Of a DNA stretch of 64,000 nt, positions 51,746 through 63,409 are shown piece after piece. The notes under the pieces are model-generated. The model was not told the DNA's origin. It saw only the letters and a list, made by a program, of their open reading frames with translations, and made no database searches. Each line of letters opens with the position of its first letter. Position 1 is the first letter of the stretch. The translations under genes and the position numbers were made by a program. Source of the stretch: Octopus sinensis (lineage: Eukaryota); assembly GCF_006345805.1 (NCBI RefSeq), contig NC_043022.1, positions 868,001 to 932,000 on the forward strand. The letters run 5' to 3'.

Positions 51746-54700
51746 CTTGCTTCCCAATGACTGTGGTTCTGGGTTCAGTCCTACTGCGTGGCATCATGGG
51801 CAAGCGTCTTCTATAACCTCGGGCCGACTAAAGTTTTGAGTGGATTTTTTTAGACGGAAACTGAAAGAATCCCGTTGTACATAACGTGTATGTTTGTGTG
51901 TTTTCCTGTGTTTGTCCCCAACCACCGCTTGACAATTTGTGTTGGTTTGTTTACGTCCCTACAACTAAGAAGTTCGGCAAAAGAACGATAGAATATCATA
52001 ATAAAAGACACTTGCTCAATGTGCCGGGCAGTGGGACTGAACGCGAAACAGAGTGGTTGGGAAGCAAGCTTCTTAACCCCACAGCCACGCCTGCGCCTAC
52101 AGATTTTTTTTTTATTTTCTTTTATAACAAAATAATCTGTTTCTCAGATTAATTAGTTTTAAGAAGAAAAAATAATTACTGTTTCTATTTTTTCTAATTT
52201 AACGAATCAATGAAGCAATCATTGAATGCGCTCTTCAATGAAGGGAGAGAACTTTGTTGGTTTGACCTTTTGCATCTTTGTCAATGAGAGATGTCCTTCC
52301 AATGAAGAGCAGATAACTCTGCAACAGGGGAGGTAACTTCGCAAAACCTAGAGAATTTAATAAGTCTTCCTACTCTAGACAAAAGTACTTATTTTATCGA
52401 CCTGAAAAGATCAAAGGCATGTAAAGCCGGAAAAATGCCGCTAAGCATTTTATCCGACACGCTAACAGTTCTGCCAGCTCGCATTCAATCACCTGACAGA
52501 GCGTGTCACCGTCGTTCTCAATTGATTGGCAAGAATTGCCGGCGAATTCCCTTCTAATCAGATTTTTAAAATGGACACGATTATATGTTGTCCTAGTTAC
52601 ACTATACCAGGTAAAAGAATGAAATAATTCTGATCATAGTGGTAGTCCATTAGAACTGACCTGGGGTTAAACAATAACAGAAAAAAGTACAGCCTATACA
52701 TGAAGAATATTTAAACTCCAATATAGAAAGGTCTAAAAAGGACGCGAAATTTGTGCTTCAACCTCATCTATACAAATGAGAGAATCACTATGTGATAGCT
52801 CGATCTGCTAGAAGTTGCAGTCGAATCTCACTCGAATCACATTCTACTGTCTCAGAATAAGGTACATTGAATATTGTGGCATTGGTAAAATGAAACGGGT
52901 ACAGCTGCTTATTGAAGGTGAAATTGGGGCTAAAAAAGAAAAAAATAACGTGGCTCAACCTAGTCGTTCGACCTACTAGAAATAGTAACCAAATTTCCCT
53001 ACAAATAATACCCTACTGTCTTGAAAGGGAAACGGACACACTGACTAATATAGCCCAAGGGATCCAAAATTTGAGGTAAGAAGGGGATGGTCACAGGTTA
53101 AACTTGGCCTTAACAACAACAAAACCTACCAGAATCGAATGATTCTGTGTTTGTCAATAAACGTCTGACATTGTCAGGAGATTATAAGGTAATTTTAGAA
53201 AGAAAAAGCATCTCTGCGAGATATCTTTAATCCTTTGTCCTGTGTCTCACATGTTTCCCTGGAGTCCCTACATCATAAGATACACATTAGCATTTTTGTT
53301 TCAACCACCAGAGTAACTTGGGACTTATGGAAGGAAAGCTTCATATTACTCAGAATGTATGAAAGAAGGGTTAACTAAATTCTGGAAACAAGCATGGACG
53401 TTTAGGTCAAACTTACGAAAAAGCTTTGGATAGGCTAAGGGTTAATATCTGACTCGGTAGATAGAAACTGGAAGAAGCCCAGCATGTGTGTCTTTGCGTT
53501 TCCTTGCCTTGACATGACATGATAGTCGTGAACAAGTGTTGCCATCATGCAAGCAGTGTCTGTTGTTTGCAATCTTCCACGAAAACATGTCTGGCCAAGG
53601 GGAAGCATTATCTCACTTGGAAACAGATGAGGGTTGGTGACAGGAAGCACGTCAAGCCATGAAACATCCGGCTCAAAGACATTCGTCTGACCCATGCAAG
53701 CACGGAAAAGTGGACATTAAAACAATGATGGTAGTGAATTGAATTTTAGGTTCAATCTCACAGCATGGCTCCTTGAGCAAGTGTCTTAAGCTTTCTCCTC
53801 TAAGACTTTTCAAGAATGAAATCTACTTCAAATCACATCCTAATGTTTAAAATTTGAAAACGATACATTACATCTGTGTTTCCCAACCTGGTCCCATAGC
53901 AAAGTTCAGATTTAGGGAGCAGGGACACAGGCCTGATGAAGGGATCCACACAACTAGCTGTTTCTTCCTGAAAGTTTCTATTACTTTTTTATTTCTTTAA
54001 TATTTATACACAAAAACATACATACATTCCCTATACACAATGCGTTTTCAGTGCCACTTGACTGTGTAATCCACCTGGCCATTTGCACTTTAGCTTGTAG
54101 TCTAACTTTAACCCAGATCAGGTCATTTTACAGTGTGGACTGCAGATACTGTGGTATGCTGCATGCAAAAGCAGCAATGCATTTTCTGTATCTTAAGTTC
54201 AGTCATAAAAAAAGAGTTACTAAGAAACGAGAAAGGTATCTGGTAGTCGTGGGATGGGTTAAAAATAACAGCTAAATCGCTCTTTTAAATCACATATTTT
54301 CCCTTTTTCTTTTCTGCATAATTGAATGAATTCAAAAAAACTAAAAGTTATGAGGCATTATATAGAGTGCTTAAAACAGAATTCTACCATGAGGAGTTAT
54401 ATGGGGTGCTTAAATATAGAATTTTGGCCTAGAAAGGATTTGTTTGATACTTCAATAATAATTTATTATCGATGAATGAAGCATCAAACGGGTATTGAAA
54501 ATGCCTCGTATGAATACTATGTTAATGCTTTGAAGTTCATAAGGTGGGTAATATGAAGTGCTTAAACCAGAATTTAAATGACCATCCCTAAAGAGTAAAT
54601 TGCCTACGTCTCTTCGGTGAACTTTAGGACAGTTTCTGAGGGTGGAGGGCGACCAGGGGCAAAATGACGGCCGCGGAACTTCCTGAAATGGTAAACCTCA

Positions 54701-55617
54701 CAAAAAAATAACTTGAATTTGGCGGCGGGGTTGCGATGCGACCCACCTCACGAGTCATGTCTCATGCAACCCGCTTTTCGAGAAAGGTTACCTATGTCTA
54801 GTTTGGGGCCACAGAAAAATTAAGATTGGAGACGAGCTAGAAAAAGGTCGGAGCGAAGGGCGACGGTAAAGAATGCGCACAACACGCGGTGTTAAGGGTT
54901 CGAATTACGTGGAAAACGGATGGTGTGCGTATTCTTTACCTCTGCCATGTTGGGAACCACTGCATTTGGTAATACAGTCCTACGAGCCACTAAAAAAAGA
55001 TGTAGTCACGGCTGGAATGTCCTTCACAAAGGGTCAAACTAAAGGGTCTAACTAAAGGTTAGATACTAGGGCTGTTCTGTCAAGAATGACCTAGGAATAA
55101 ACAAAAACGAAGGAGGCCTTTATACGGTCACGCAAAATGCTAGAAACAGCAGACTACCTTCCATAATACTCTACTGTATTTCAAATAACACAAAGGAGAA
55201 TGCAGTCCTATATAACTGCCTTAATAACCCTTTCATTACCAACCTGGCTGAAACTGGCTCTGAGTACAAATGTCTTGTTTTCATAAGTTTTGAATTAAAA
55301 TCTTCCACCAAAACTTTTGTCACAATTTATGTTCCTAACACTTTCTAAATGAAAGCTGAGTTTTTTTTACTAAATTCTTCATTATATTTAAAGCAATTGA
55401 AAGAAAATTAGAGCATCTCAACAGAAATATAGTAAATGAAAGGGATAAGAAAATAAAAAGGACGGGGTAGTCATAACTGGAGCGCCTTTGATAATAGGTT
55501 TGCTTGGGTCGGGGTTAGCCAAAACAACAAGTGAAAAAATGTGTGTGAGCTGAATAATAACCAAAGTCGTTAAATGCATTATTTCAGCATTTCATTGGAA
55601 TATATTAATAAACCTAC

Positions 55618-55685
55618 CCTTTTGTCAAGTGTCCGGGAATATGTTGGAGTTTCTTGAAGAAACAAGAAACAAGCGTGAGTCTCAT
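55618..55685 (-). CDS. MRPL57: Mitochondrial ribosomal protein mL63 (MRP63/MRPL57), coding exon 1
   Basis: The reverse complement reads ATG...AAA GG|gtaggt = MRLTLVSCFFKKLQHIPGHLTKG (68 nt, phase-2 donor). This matches the mL63 N-terminal pattern MxLT..L...(I)PG...GK. Confidence 0.9.
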
Positions 55686-55918
55686 GTCGGATCGTCAGGT
55701 CGGCATTTCACGGGAGAAGAACTAGCATCTTTAGTTTCGGCAAAACAGCGGGGATTTACAAATAAAACAAAAATGATAATTTCAAAGTCTGAATAACACT
55801 AAAGTAGATTTTTGTATATTTTAAATAAGCTTTAACAATGAGACATGTTTTAAATGCTTAAATAAAACCCAAATGTGTATTGGTTAATGCGAAACTAAAG
55901 TTGTTACTTTTTTTCAAA
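55686..55918. promoter_or_regulatory. Putative bidirectional promoter and 5' UTRs shared by mL63 and mL44
   Basis: 233 bp of repeat-free DNA between two divergent ATGs; CpG-rich compared with the rest of the window. Confidence 0.75.
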
Positions 55919-56003
55919 ATGGCTTCGCATCGCATGTTTCTGTTTTGGACCCGAAATATTTCGCCTTCGCTGCTTCGATTAGCAACGACCAAGACTCAAC
56001 AGA
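55919..56003 (+). CDS. MRPL44: Mitochondrial ribosomal protein mL44, probable coding exon 1 (presequence)
   Basis: caaaATGGC start; encodes MASHRMFLFWTRNISPSLLRLATTKTQQ, which is Arg/Ser/Thr/Leu-rich with no acidic residues, as in a mitochondrial presequence. The phase-1 donor A|gtaatg is compatible with the acceptor at 61910. Confidence 0.72.
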
Positions 56004-56328
56004 GTAATGTATTCCATTCTCTACCGATTCCTATTTCTTTTACTGTTATCTTGTCAATAATATTTCTTCCATTTGAAACTCTTTATTAGCAGAGAAGTCT
56101 CTCGTCTACTCCGGCATTTCGTGACCTTGTGCTTCGATATAAACATCCTGGACTCCACCTGCTAGAAATAACAGTTAAAATCTCTCTCGAATATCAACTT
56201 GCAACATTTTTTTTTTTTTTTTAAGCGGGGAGAGCGAATTTGGATGATATAGTGTATGATAAATTGTGTCTGAAAAGACAAGATGGTCACAGATTGCTTT
56301 AATCATATTGTAAGTCAGGGAGGGTGAA

Positions 56329-56645
56329 GGCGCGTGGCTAAGTCGTTAGGGTGTTCGGATCACGATCGTAGGTCGTGAGTTCAATACCTGGCAACGTATT
56401 GTGTCTTTGAGCAAGAACACTTAATTTCACGTTGTTCCAGTTCGCTCAACTGGCAAAACTGAGTGGTACCCTGTAACTCAAAAGGGCCGGCCTTGTCACA
56501 TTCTGTGTCACACCGATTCTCCCTGAGAACTACGTTAAGGTTACACGTGTCTGTGGAATGCTCAGCCACTTGCTCGTTAATTTCACGAGCAGGCTGTACT
56601 GTTGATCGAATTGACTGGAACACTCATCGTCGTGACTGACGGAGA
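56329..56645 (+). mobile_element. tRNA-derived SINE family C (copies 34530-34850(-), 42275-42750, 63695-63975; related heads with other tails at 27895-28140, 42800-43145, 48020-48250, 61055-61390, 61415-61720, all minus)
   Basis: A/B-box head followed by gtgtc.ttgagcaag.acactt.atttcac.ttgctccagt.cactcagctg. Confidence 0.8.
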
Positions 56646-58415
56646 ACCAGTATAAGTCAGAGCGGGTAAAACAACTTGTAAACGTGCTAAGAGCTACTGG
56701 CTGTCGTTCGAACCTTTTAGAAACAACAGCCAACTGTCCATCAAATCACATTCTACCTTTAAAAGAGCACAGAGAAATTAGTTGACGCAATTCCAGATAA
56801 ACTTTGGGGGAAAAAGAAAGCTCGGGGTGGTCTCGGATGGAAAGTCTTTGATCATAGGTCTGCCAGATCATTAGAGTTGACCTGGAACTGATCAGCATTT
56901 CATTCGTTTTTATGTTTTGAGTTCAAATTCCACTGAGGTCGACCTTGCCTTTCATCGTTTCAGGGTTGATCAAATAAGTACCAGTTGAATACTTAGGGCG
57001 GTGTATTCGACTTACCCCTCCCCCGAAATTGCAGGCCTTGCACCAAAATTTGAAATCAATATAAAGAATCAGAAAAGCAGAACCATTTGCCCATCAGACA
57101 AAATGCTTAGCATTTACTCTTTTTACTCTTACTTGTTTCAGTCATTTGACTGCGGCCATGCTGGAGCACCACCTTTAGTCGAGCAAATCGACCCCGGGAC
57201 TTATTCTTTGTAAGCCCAGTACTTATTCTATCGGTCTCTTTTGCCGAACCGCTAAGTGACAGGGACGTAAACACACCAGCATCGGTTTGTCAAGCAATGC
57301 TAGAGGGACAAACACAGACACACAAACATATACACTCACACACATATATATATATACGACAGGCTTCTTTCAGTTTCCGTCTACCAAATCCACTCACAAG
57401 GCTTTGGTCGGCCCGGGGCTATAGTAAAAGACGCTTGCCCAAGATGCCACGCAGTGGGACTGAACCCGGAACCATGTGGTTGGTTAGCAAGCTACTTACC
57501 ACACAGCCACTCCTGCGCCTTTAGAAACAACAGCCAACTGTCCATCAAATTTCTTTCAGTTTGATATTTAAATTATAATTATTTTTATCTCAGATATTTA
57601 ATGAACTGAGTAAGCCAAGTGAAATCCTAGTTGTGGCCCAATGCCAGTGTCATGTAACTGGCATATAAAAAGCACCCATTACACTCTTGGAGTGGTTGGC
57701 ATTAGGAAGGGCATCCAACCGTAGAAATCCTGCCAAATCAGACTGGAGCCTGGTGCAACTCCCCAGCTTACCAGTTTTCAGTCAAACCGTCCAATCCATG
57801 CCAGCATGGAAAGCAGACGTTAAATGATGATGATGATGATGATATAAAAAGATATAAACCCAAGAACCTGTTTCTCGTTTATAATGTCTGACATATATTC
57901 AGCCCCACATGAAATAAAATTTGTTCTCGCTGTAATTAATTATCCTTCCTGCTTTGGGTATAAGGCCTGGAATTTTGTGGGCTGGATCTAGTTGATTACA
58001 TCACTCTCAGTGTTCAACTGGTGCTTATTTTATTGACCCTGAAAGGGATGAAAGCCAAAGTCGACCTCAGCAAGATTTGAACTCAGAACATAAAGACAGA
58101 CGAAATGCCACTAAGCATTTTACATAGTATGTTAATGATTCTGCCAGCAGCTGCCTTCCATTATTCTAATAATACTGGTTTCAAATGTTGTTACAAGTAC
58201 AGCAGTTTTAGGGGAGGGGGCAAGTCAATTACATCGACCCCTCCCCCAGTATTCAGCTGGTACCTATTTTATTGACCCTGACAGGATGAAGAGCAAAGTT
58301 GACTTCAGCAGAATTTGAACTGTGAAGGGAGAACCAGAGAAAATGGTGCACAGCATTTTGTCCGGCATGCTAATGATTCTGCTGACATGTTGCTTTCTTG
58401 ACTTATCCTTAATAA

Positions 58416-58641
58416 CTAGCTGGCCCCATGCCATCAAAAATGATGGCTAATTTTTTTGCCACAAAAAGGTGGCAAAAAAAATCAAATGATGCTTCAAATC
58501 TGTGTGAGAATGTGTTTGTGCATGTGTGTACATTTATATGGATAAATAGCAGAGTCTGTAGCATACGCAGTTTTCTATACTTTGTCACAGCCTGCTTCTT
58601 TACTTTTTAAGTGTGTCTGTTTATATATATATATATCGAGA
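58416..58641 (-). mobile_element. Helitron-like element (related end at about 44552)
   Basis: The minus-strand 3' end has the hairpin gccatca-tttt-tgatggc about 10 nt before CTAG|T; the probable 5' TC is at 58641. Confidence 0.6.
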
Positions 58642-58796
58642 TAATTTACGAAGAAAACAACAAAAGACGAAGACAGGTGGTGTACAAGACAAACAGATGT
58701 ATTAGTATAACGCTCAGGAATAGAAAAAGTCTTTTACGTTTCGAGCCTACGCTCTTCTACAGAAAGGGACACAGAAAAAACAAGGAGAGAAAAATA

Positions 58797-58857
<61 letters not shown>

Positions 58858-58863
<6 letters not shown>

Positions 58864-59190
58864 ACAATTGCAGCGTGGAAGGTGTTTGTAAGACATTTAA
58901 GAAACACACAAAAGCCGTTTGATTCACTTCAACATTTAAGTTTAATTTGTCAAAATATTTTCGTCCCTTTAAGACCACGACCTGTTCACTGATGCAGCAC
59001 GGATTTTTGTCAGTGAAGAGGTCGCGGTCTTAAAGCAATGAAGATATTTTGACAAATTAAACTTAAATGTTGAAGTGAATCGAATGGCTTTTGTGTGTTT
59101 CTTAAATGGCTTACAAACACCTTCCACGCTGCAATTGTTTTCGTTTCAGCACACAATCAAATCACTTGCTATGCAAGTACATCTCCGTAA
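58858..59190. mobile_element. Palindromic MITE with the left end lost in (TA)n
   Basis: Inverted arms of about 135 bp around 58995-59010. The right end matches the arm fragment at 13779-13860. Confidence 0.8.
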
Positions 59191-59198
59191 TATATATA

Positions 59199-59256
<58 letters not shown>

Positions 59257-60893
59257 TATATATATCGTCCAACCCATACTAGCATGGAAAGCGGACGTTA
59301 AACGATGATGATGATATATGTATGTATGTATGTGTAAATGTGCATGTGTCTTTCTGAATAAACATACACTAACACATATACACTCCTGACCTGGCAATTG
59401 TGAGCCAAATACCCCAACTGCTAAGCTGTGCACCTTCACTGTGGAGATATGCAAATAAATAAAAACAGTTTGACATTCTCTGTGTGTGTGTGTACGCACG
59501 TGCATGCATGTTTGTGTTAAATTTTCATCCTCGTCGTCATTGTATGGTGAACAATTCAACCCCAGGATTTTTTTTTAAACCTAGTACTTATTCTGTTGGT
59601 CTCTTTTGCTGAATCGCTAAGTTACAGGGATGGAAACCCACTAACACTGGTTGCCAAATGATGATGGGAGATAAACACAGACACAAAGAAACACACACAC
59701 ACACACATCATCCGTCCCCCAACAAACCAATCTCTTCTCTTTCTCGCATTTCCTTCTTCATTCACTATGCCTAGCTCTCACTCCCCAATCCTGTCCTCAC
59801 GTCCCTGTTTCTCTGTATCATTGCTATCCAGTAGCCCCTCCAACTCTATATATACTCAGATCTTTCACCACTTACTTGCACTCTTTCATCGCACTCCCTT
59901 CGCAATATCCTGTTACTTATATTAAGGCATATGAACCTCAAGGCTATGCCCTGGCATTTGCCACCATCTCTCTCTCTCTCTCTCTTCCTTTACTCAACCA
60001 TCTCATTTATACTCTGATCCTCATTCCTTGTGAGTATGCCTGGCATTTTACCACCATCTCCATCCTGCAGTCTCCCACTCTCTCTTTCCTTCTCCTGCAC
60101 TTCCCTCAGGTTGAGCAACCATGTATTTCCTTTGTGGAAGCACACCTGTTTCTGTTTTCATTCCTGGTCTTTTTCTCTCCAGCCAGGTAACCTTGTACTC
60201 CCTCTACAGCAAAACACCTGTATCTGTCTCCCTATAACCTTTTCATCACCACTAACTCCAATGCCTCCTCCCTTCTTAAAAGTTTTTGTCTTGCAAGTAC
60301 TTGGTAAACCTGTCAGTGCAGGCACCACTTGAAAGCATGCAGTCCACACTGTAAAGTGGTTGGTGTTAGGAAGGGCATCCAGCTGTAAAAACCTTGCCAA
60401 AACTTACCTCACCTGTGCTTGTGCCATGAAAAAAGCACTTAGTCCACTCTGCTGAGTGGCTGGTGTTAGGAAGGGCATCCAGGAGTTAAAATCCTGCCAA
60501 AACAGTCACAGAAGTCCGGTGCAGGCCTTGGCCTGGATTGCACTTATGGTACCATTCCACCCATGCTAGCATGGAACATGTATGTTATATGATAATGATG
60601 ATGATGATGATATATATTATAATGGAGGAGGCTCATAAGGGGTTTAGCCTTATGGCATATCTTCAGACCCCAAACACTGCTGGCCTAAGACCTCTTCAAA
60701 ATGCCTTGCTATAAAGGTAAACATTAGGTGATTATCTCCCTTCACCATTGGCCATCACCAGAGATGGTGACCACAAGATGGTGGCACGGCTGAAGCTTGA
60801 TGGCCAATGGCAAAGAGAGATAATCACCTAATGTTTACCTTTATAGCAAGGCATTTCCTCCTCCATATTTCGAAGAGGTCTTAGACCAGCAGT

Positions 60894-60964
60894 GTTTGAG
60901 TTCTGAAGATACACCGTAAGGCTAAACCCCTTATGAGCGAGAAACCCAGGGTAACCCCATAAAC
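60894..60964 (+). ncRNA. Type I hammerhead-ribozyme-like motif (degenerate)
   Basis: CTGAAGA (60903), stem II taagg/cctta, GAAA (60941), cccaggg, GTA triplet, then acccc. Stem I is imperfect here but perfect using the sequence of the inverted copy. Confidence 0.55.
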
Positions 60965-61910
60965 CACCAACCTTCCACTAGAATATTAACTTAGATTGTG
61001 CGTCTCCTGCAGATTTATGTATGTATGCATGTGTGTGTGTGTGTGTGTGGATATATGGGAGACCACCTTCGGTTATGAATGACTGTAAGATTGCATCTAG
61101 AAAGTTACCCTCCAAGGTACATGTCCAGGCAAGGTTGTTTATGGAAGACCAGCAGTCGCCCATGCATACCAGCCTCCTCTCTCCACACCATTGATGTTAT
61201 CCAAGGGAAAGGCAAAGGTCAATACAGCTTGACACCAGTGATGTCGCAACTCATTTCTACAGCTGAGTGAACTGGAGCAACGTGAAATAAAGTGTTTTGC
61301 TCAAGAACACAACACGCAACCTGGTCCAGGAATCGAACTCACAACCTCGCGATCGTAAGCTCGACGCTCTAACCATTGAGCCATGCACCTTCACATATAT
61401 ATATATATATATATCATGCAATCACGTAACCAACCAGGCTATCAGATGTTGTTACACATCGCTGGTCACAATGCACTTTGCATTGTTTTAGCCTTCAAAT
61501 GATGCCACCCTGCTGGCTAAGCAAGCAGGCCAACAGAAGAAAGACTGAGAGAAAGTTGCAGCGAAAGAGTACAGCAGGGATCGCCACCACCCCCTACTGG
61601 AGCCCTGCGGAGCTTTAGGTGTTTTCGCTCAATAAACACTCACAACGCCCGGTCTGAGAATCGAAACTGCGATCCTACAACCGTAAGTCCACTGCCCTAA
61701 CCACTGGGCCATTGCGCCTCCACATATATATATATATAACCCCTGAACTGGTTAACTTCTCTGTGGCTAAGTTGTCATGCCTCCTACATTTGGCCCCTTT
61801 TATCTACAAGTGTTCAACACTTTCTTTAATTAATTCTAAATCCTAAATTGTTTCTCCCTGATTTTATGTTGTTTTGTTTCATGCGTGTTTTTTTTTTTCT
61901 TTCTAAGCAG

Positions 61911-62052
61911 TTTTACCCATAATCCCCTCAAGTGTAACGATTGGCTGCCGCAGTTATAACAAGGCCTTGTACCCCTACCTCAGTGAACTGTACCGCAGAA
62001 GACTGAAAGTCGGACCTGAAAAGGAGAGACATCGCTCAGAATGGATCAACTG
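61911..62052 (+). CDS. MRPL44: mL44 coding exon 2 (gene continues beyond this exon)
   Basis: A polypyrimidine tract and aagcag acceptor precede (I)LPIIPSSVTIGCRSYNKALYPYLSELYRRRLKVGPEKERHRSEWINW, ending at the donor TG|gtgag. It resembles the mL44 N-terminal ELxxRxxxxGPxxxxxRSxxxxW(NY) motif. Confidence 0.85.
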
Positions 62053-63190
62053 GTGAGATTCTGTTACTTGGCTGTTGTTGTTTATAGAAGGGATGGGGTT
62101 GTGTAGTGGCTGCGTGGTTAACATGTTTACTTCATAGTCATAAGGTTCTGAGTTCGATCCCACAGATATTTCCTATCATGACTTTAGATCAGTGGTTCTC
62201 AACTGGGGTCCACATGGCCCTTGAATGGGGTACCATGTAAGATTTTGTTGTTAAAATTTATATGAAATAAATTGGCTATAATTCTACAATACACAAAATA
62301 TTTTTAACAATTTTTTTTATAAGGCGCAGGAGTGGCTGTGTGGTAAGTAGCTTGTTTACCAACCACATGGTTCCGGGTTCAGTCCCACTGCATGGAACCT
62401 TGGGCAAGTGTCTTCTACTATAGCCTCGGGCCAACCAAAGTGGATTTGGTAGATGGAAACTGAAAGAAGCCCGTCGTATATATTGTATATATATATGCGT
62501 GTGTGTGTTTGTGTGAGTGTGTGTCCCTAGCATCGCTTGACAACTGATGCTGGTGTGTTTATGTCCCCATCACTTAGCGGTTCGGGAAAAGAGACCGATA
62601 GAATAAGTACTGGGCTTACAAAGAATAAGTCCCGGGGTCGATTTGCTCGACTAAAGGTGGTGCTCCACCATGGACGCAATCAAATGACTGAAAAGAGTAA
62701 GAGTAAGGCAGCGAGCTGGCAGAAACGTTAGCACACTGGGCGAAGTGCTCAGCAGTATTTTGTCTGTCTATGATTTGAGTTCAAATTTTGCTGAGGTCGA
62801 CTTTGCATAGGCGTAGGTGTGGCTGTGTGGTAAGTAGCTTGCTTACCAACCACATGGTTCTGGGTTCAGTCCCACTACATGGCACCTTGGGCAAGTGTCT
62901 TCTGCTATAGCCTCAGGCCGACCAAAGCCTTGTGAGTGGATTTGGTTGACGGAAACTGAAAGAAGCCACTCCTACGCCTATGACTGCCTTTACTTCTTGA
63001 GTCCATTCTGACCTAAGCTGGTGCCACATATAAAGCACCCATTACACTCTGTAAAGTGGTTGATGTTAGGAAAGGCATCTGGCTATAGAAACTATGCCAG
63101 AATAGACAATTGGGGCCTGGTGCAGCCCTTCAGCTTGCCAGCTCCTATCAAACTGTCCAACCCATGCCTGTATGGAAAAAAAGATGTTAA

Positions 63191-63409
63191 CCCTTTAGTA
63201 TTTAAACCGGCCATATCTGGCCAAAATATTTAATCTGTTTTATGTTCAAACTGACCAGATCCAGGCTCTCACACCTACCCTACAATGTTATTCTACATTA
63301 AGTAATTACACCATCAAGATCTTGAAGATATGAGATAATGCATGATTAATTCAAATCAATGGGAATCAATAGGCATTATGTTTGATAGAATAATCAGAAC
63401 ACTAAAGGG
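63191..63409. mobile_element. piggyBac-type MITE family 2 (other copies about 1690-1825, 13390-13575, 14082-14272, 26209-26361, 43815-44226)
   Basis: TTAA ccctttagt...actaaaggg TTAA with shared core ccagatc(t/c)ggcctctcacacctaccctacaatg. Confidence 0.85.
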
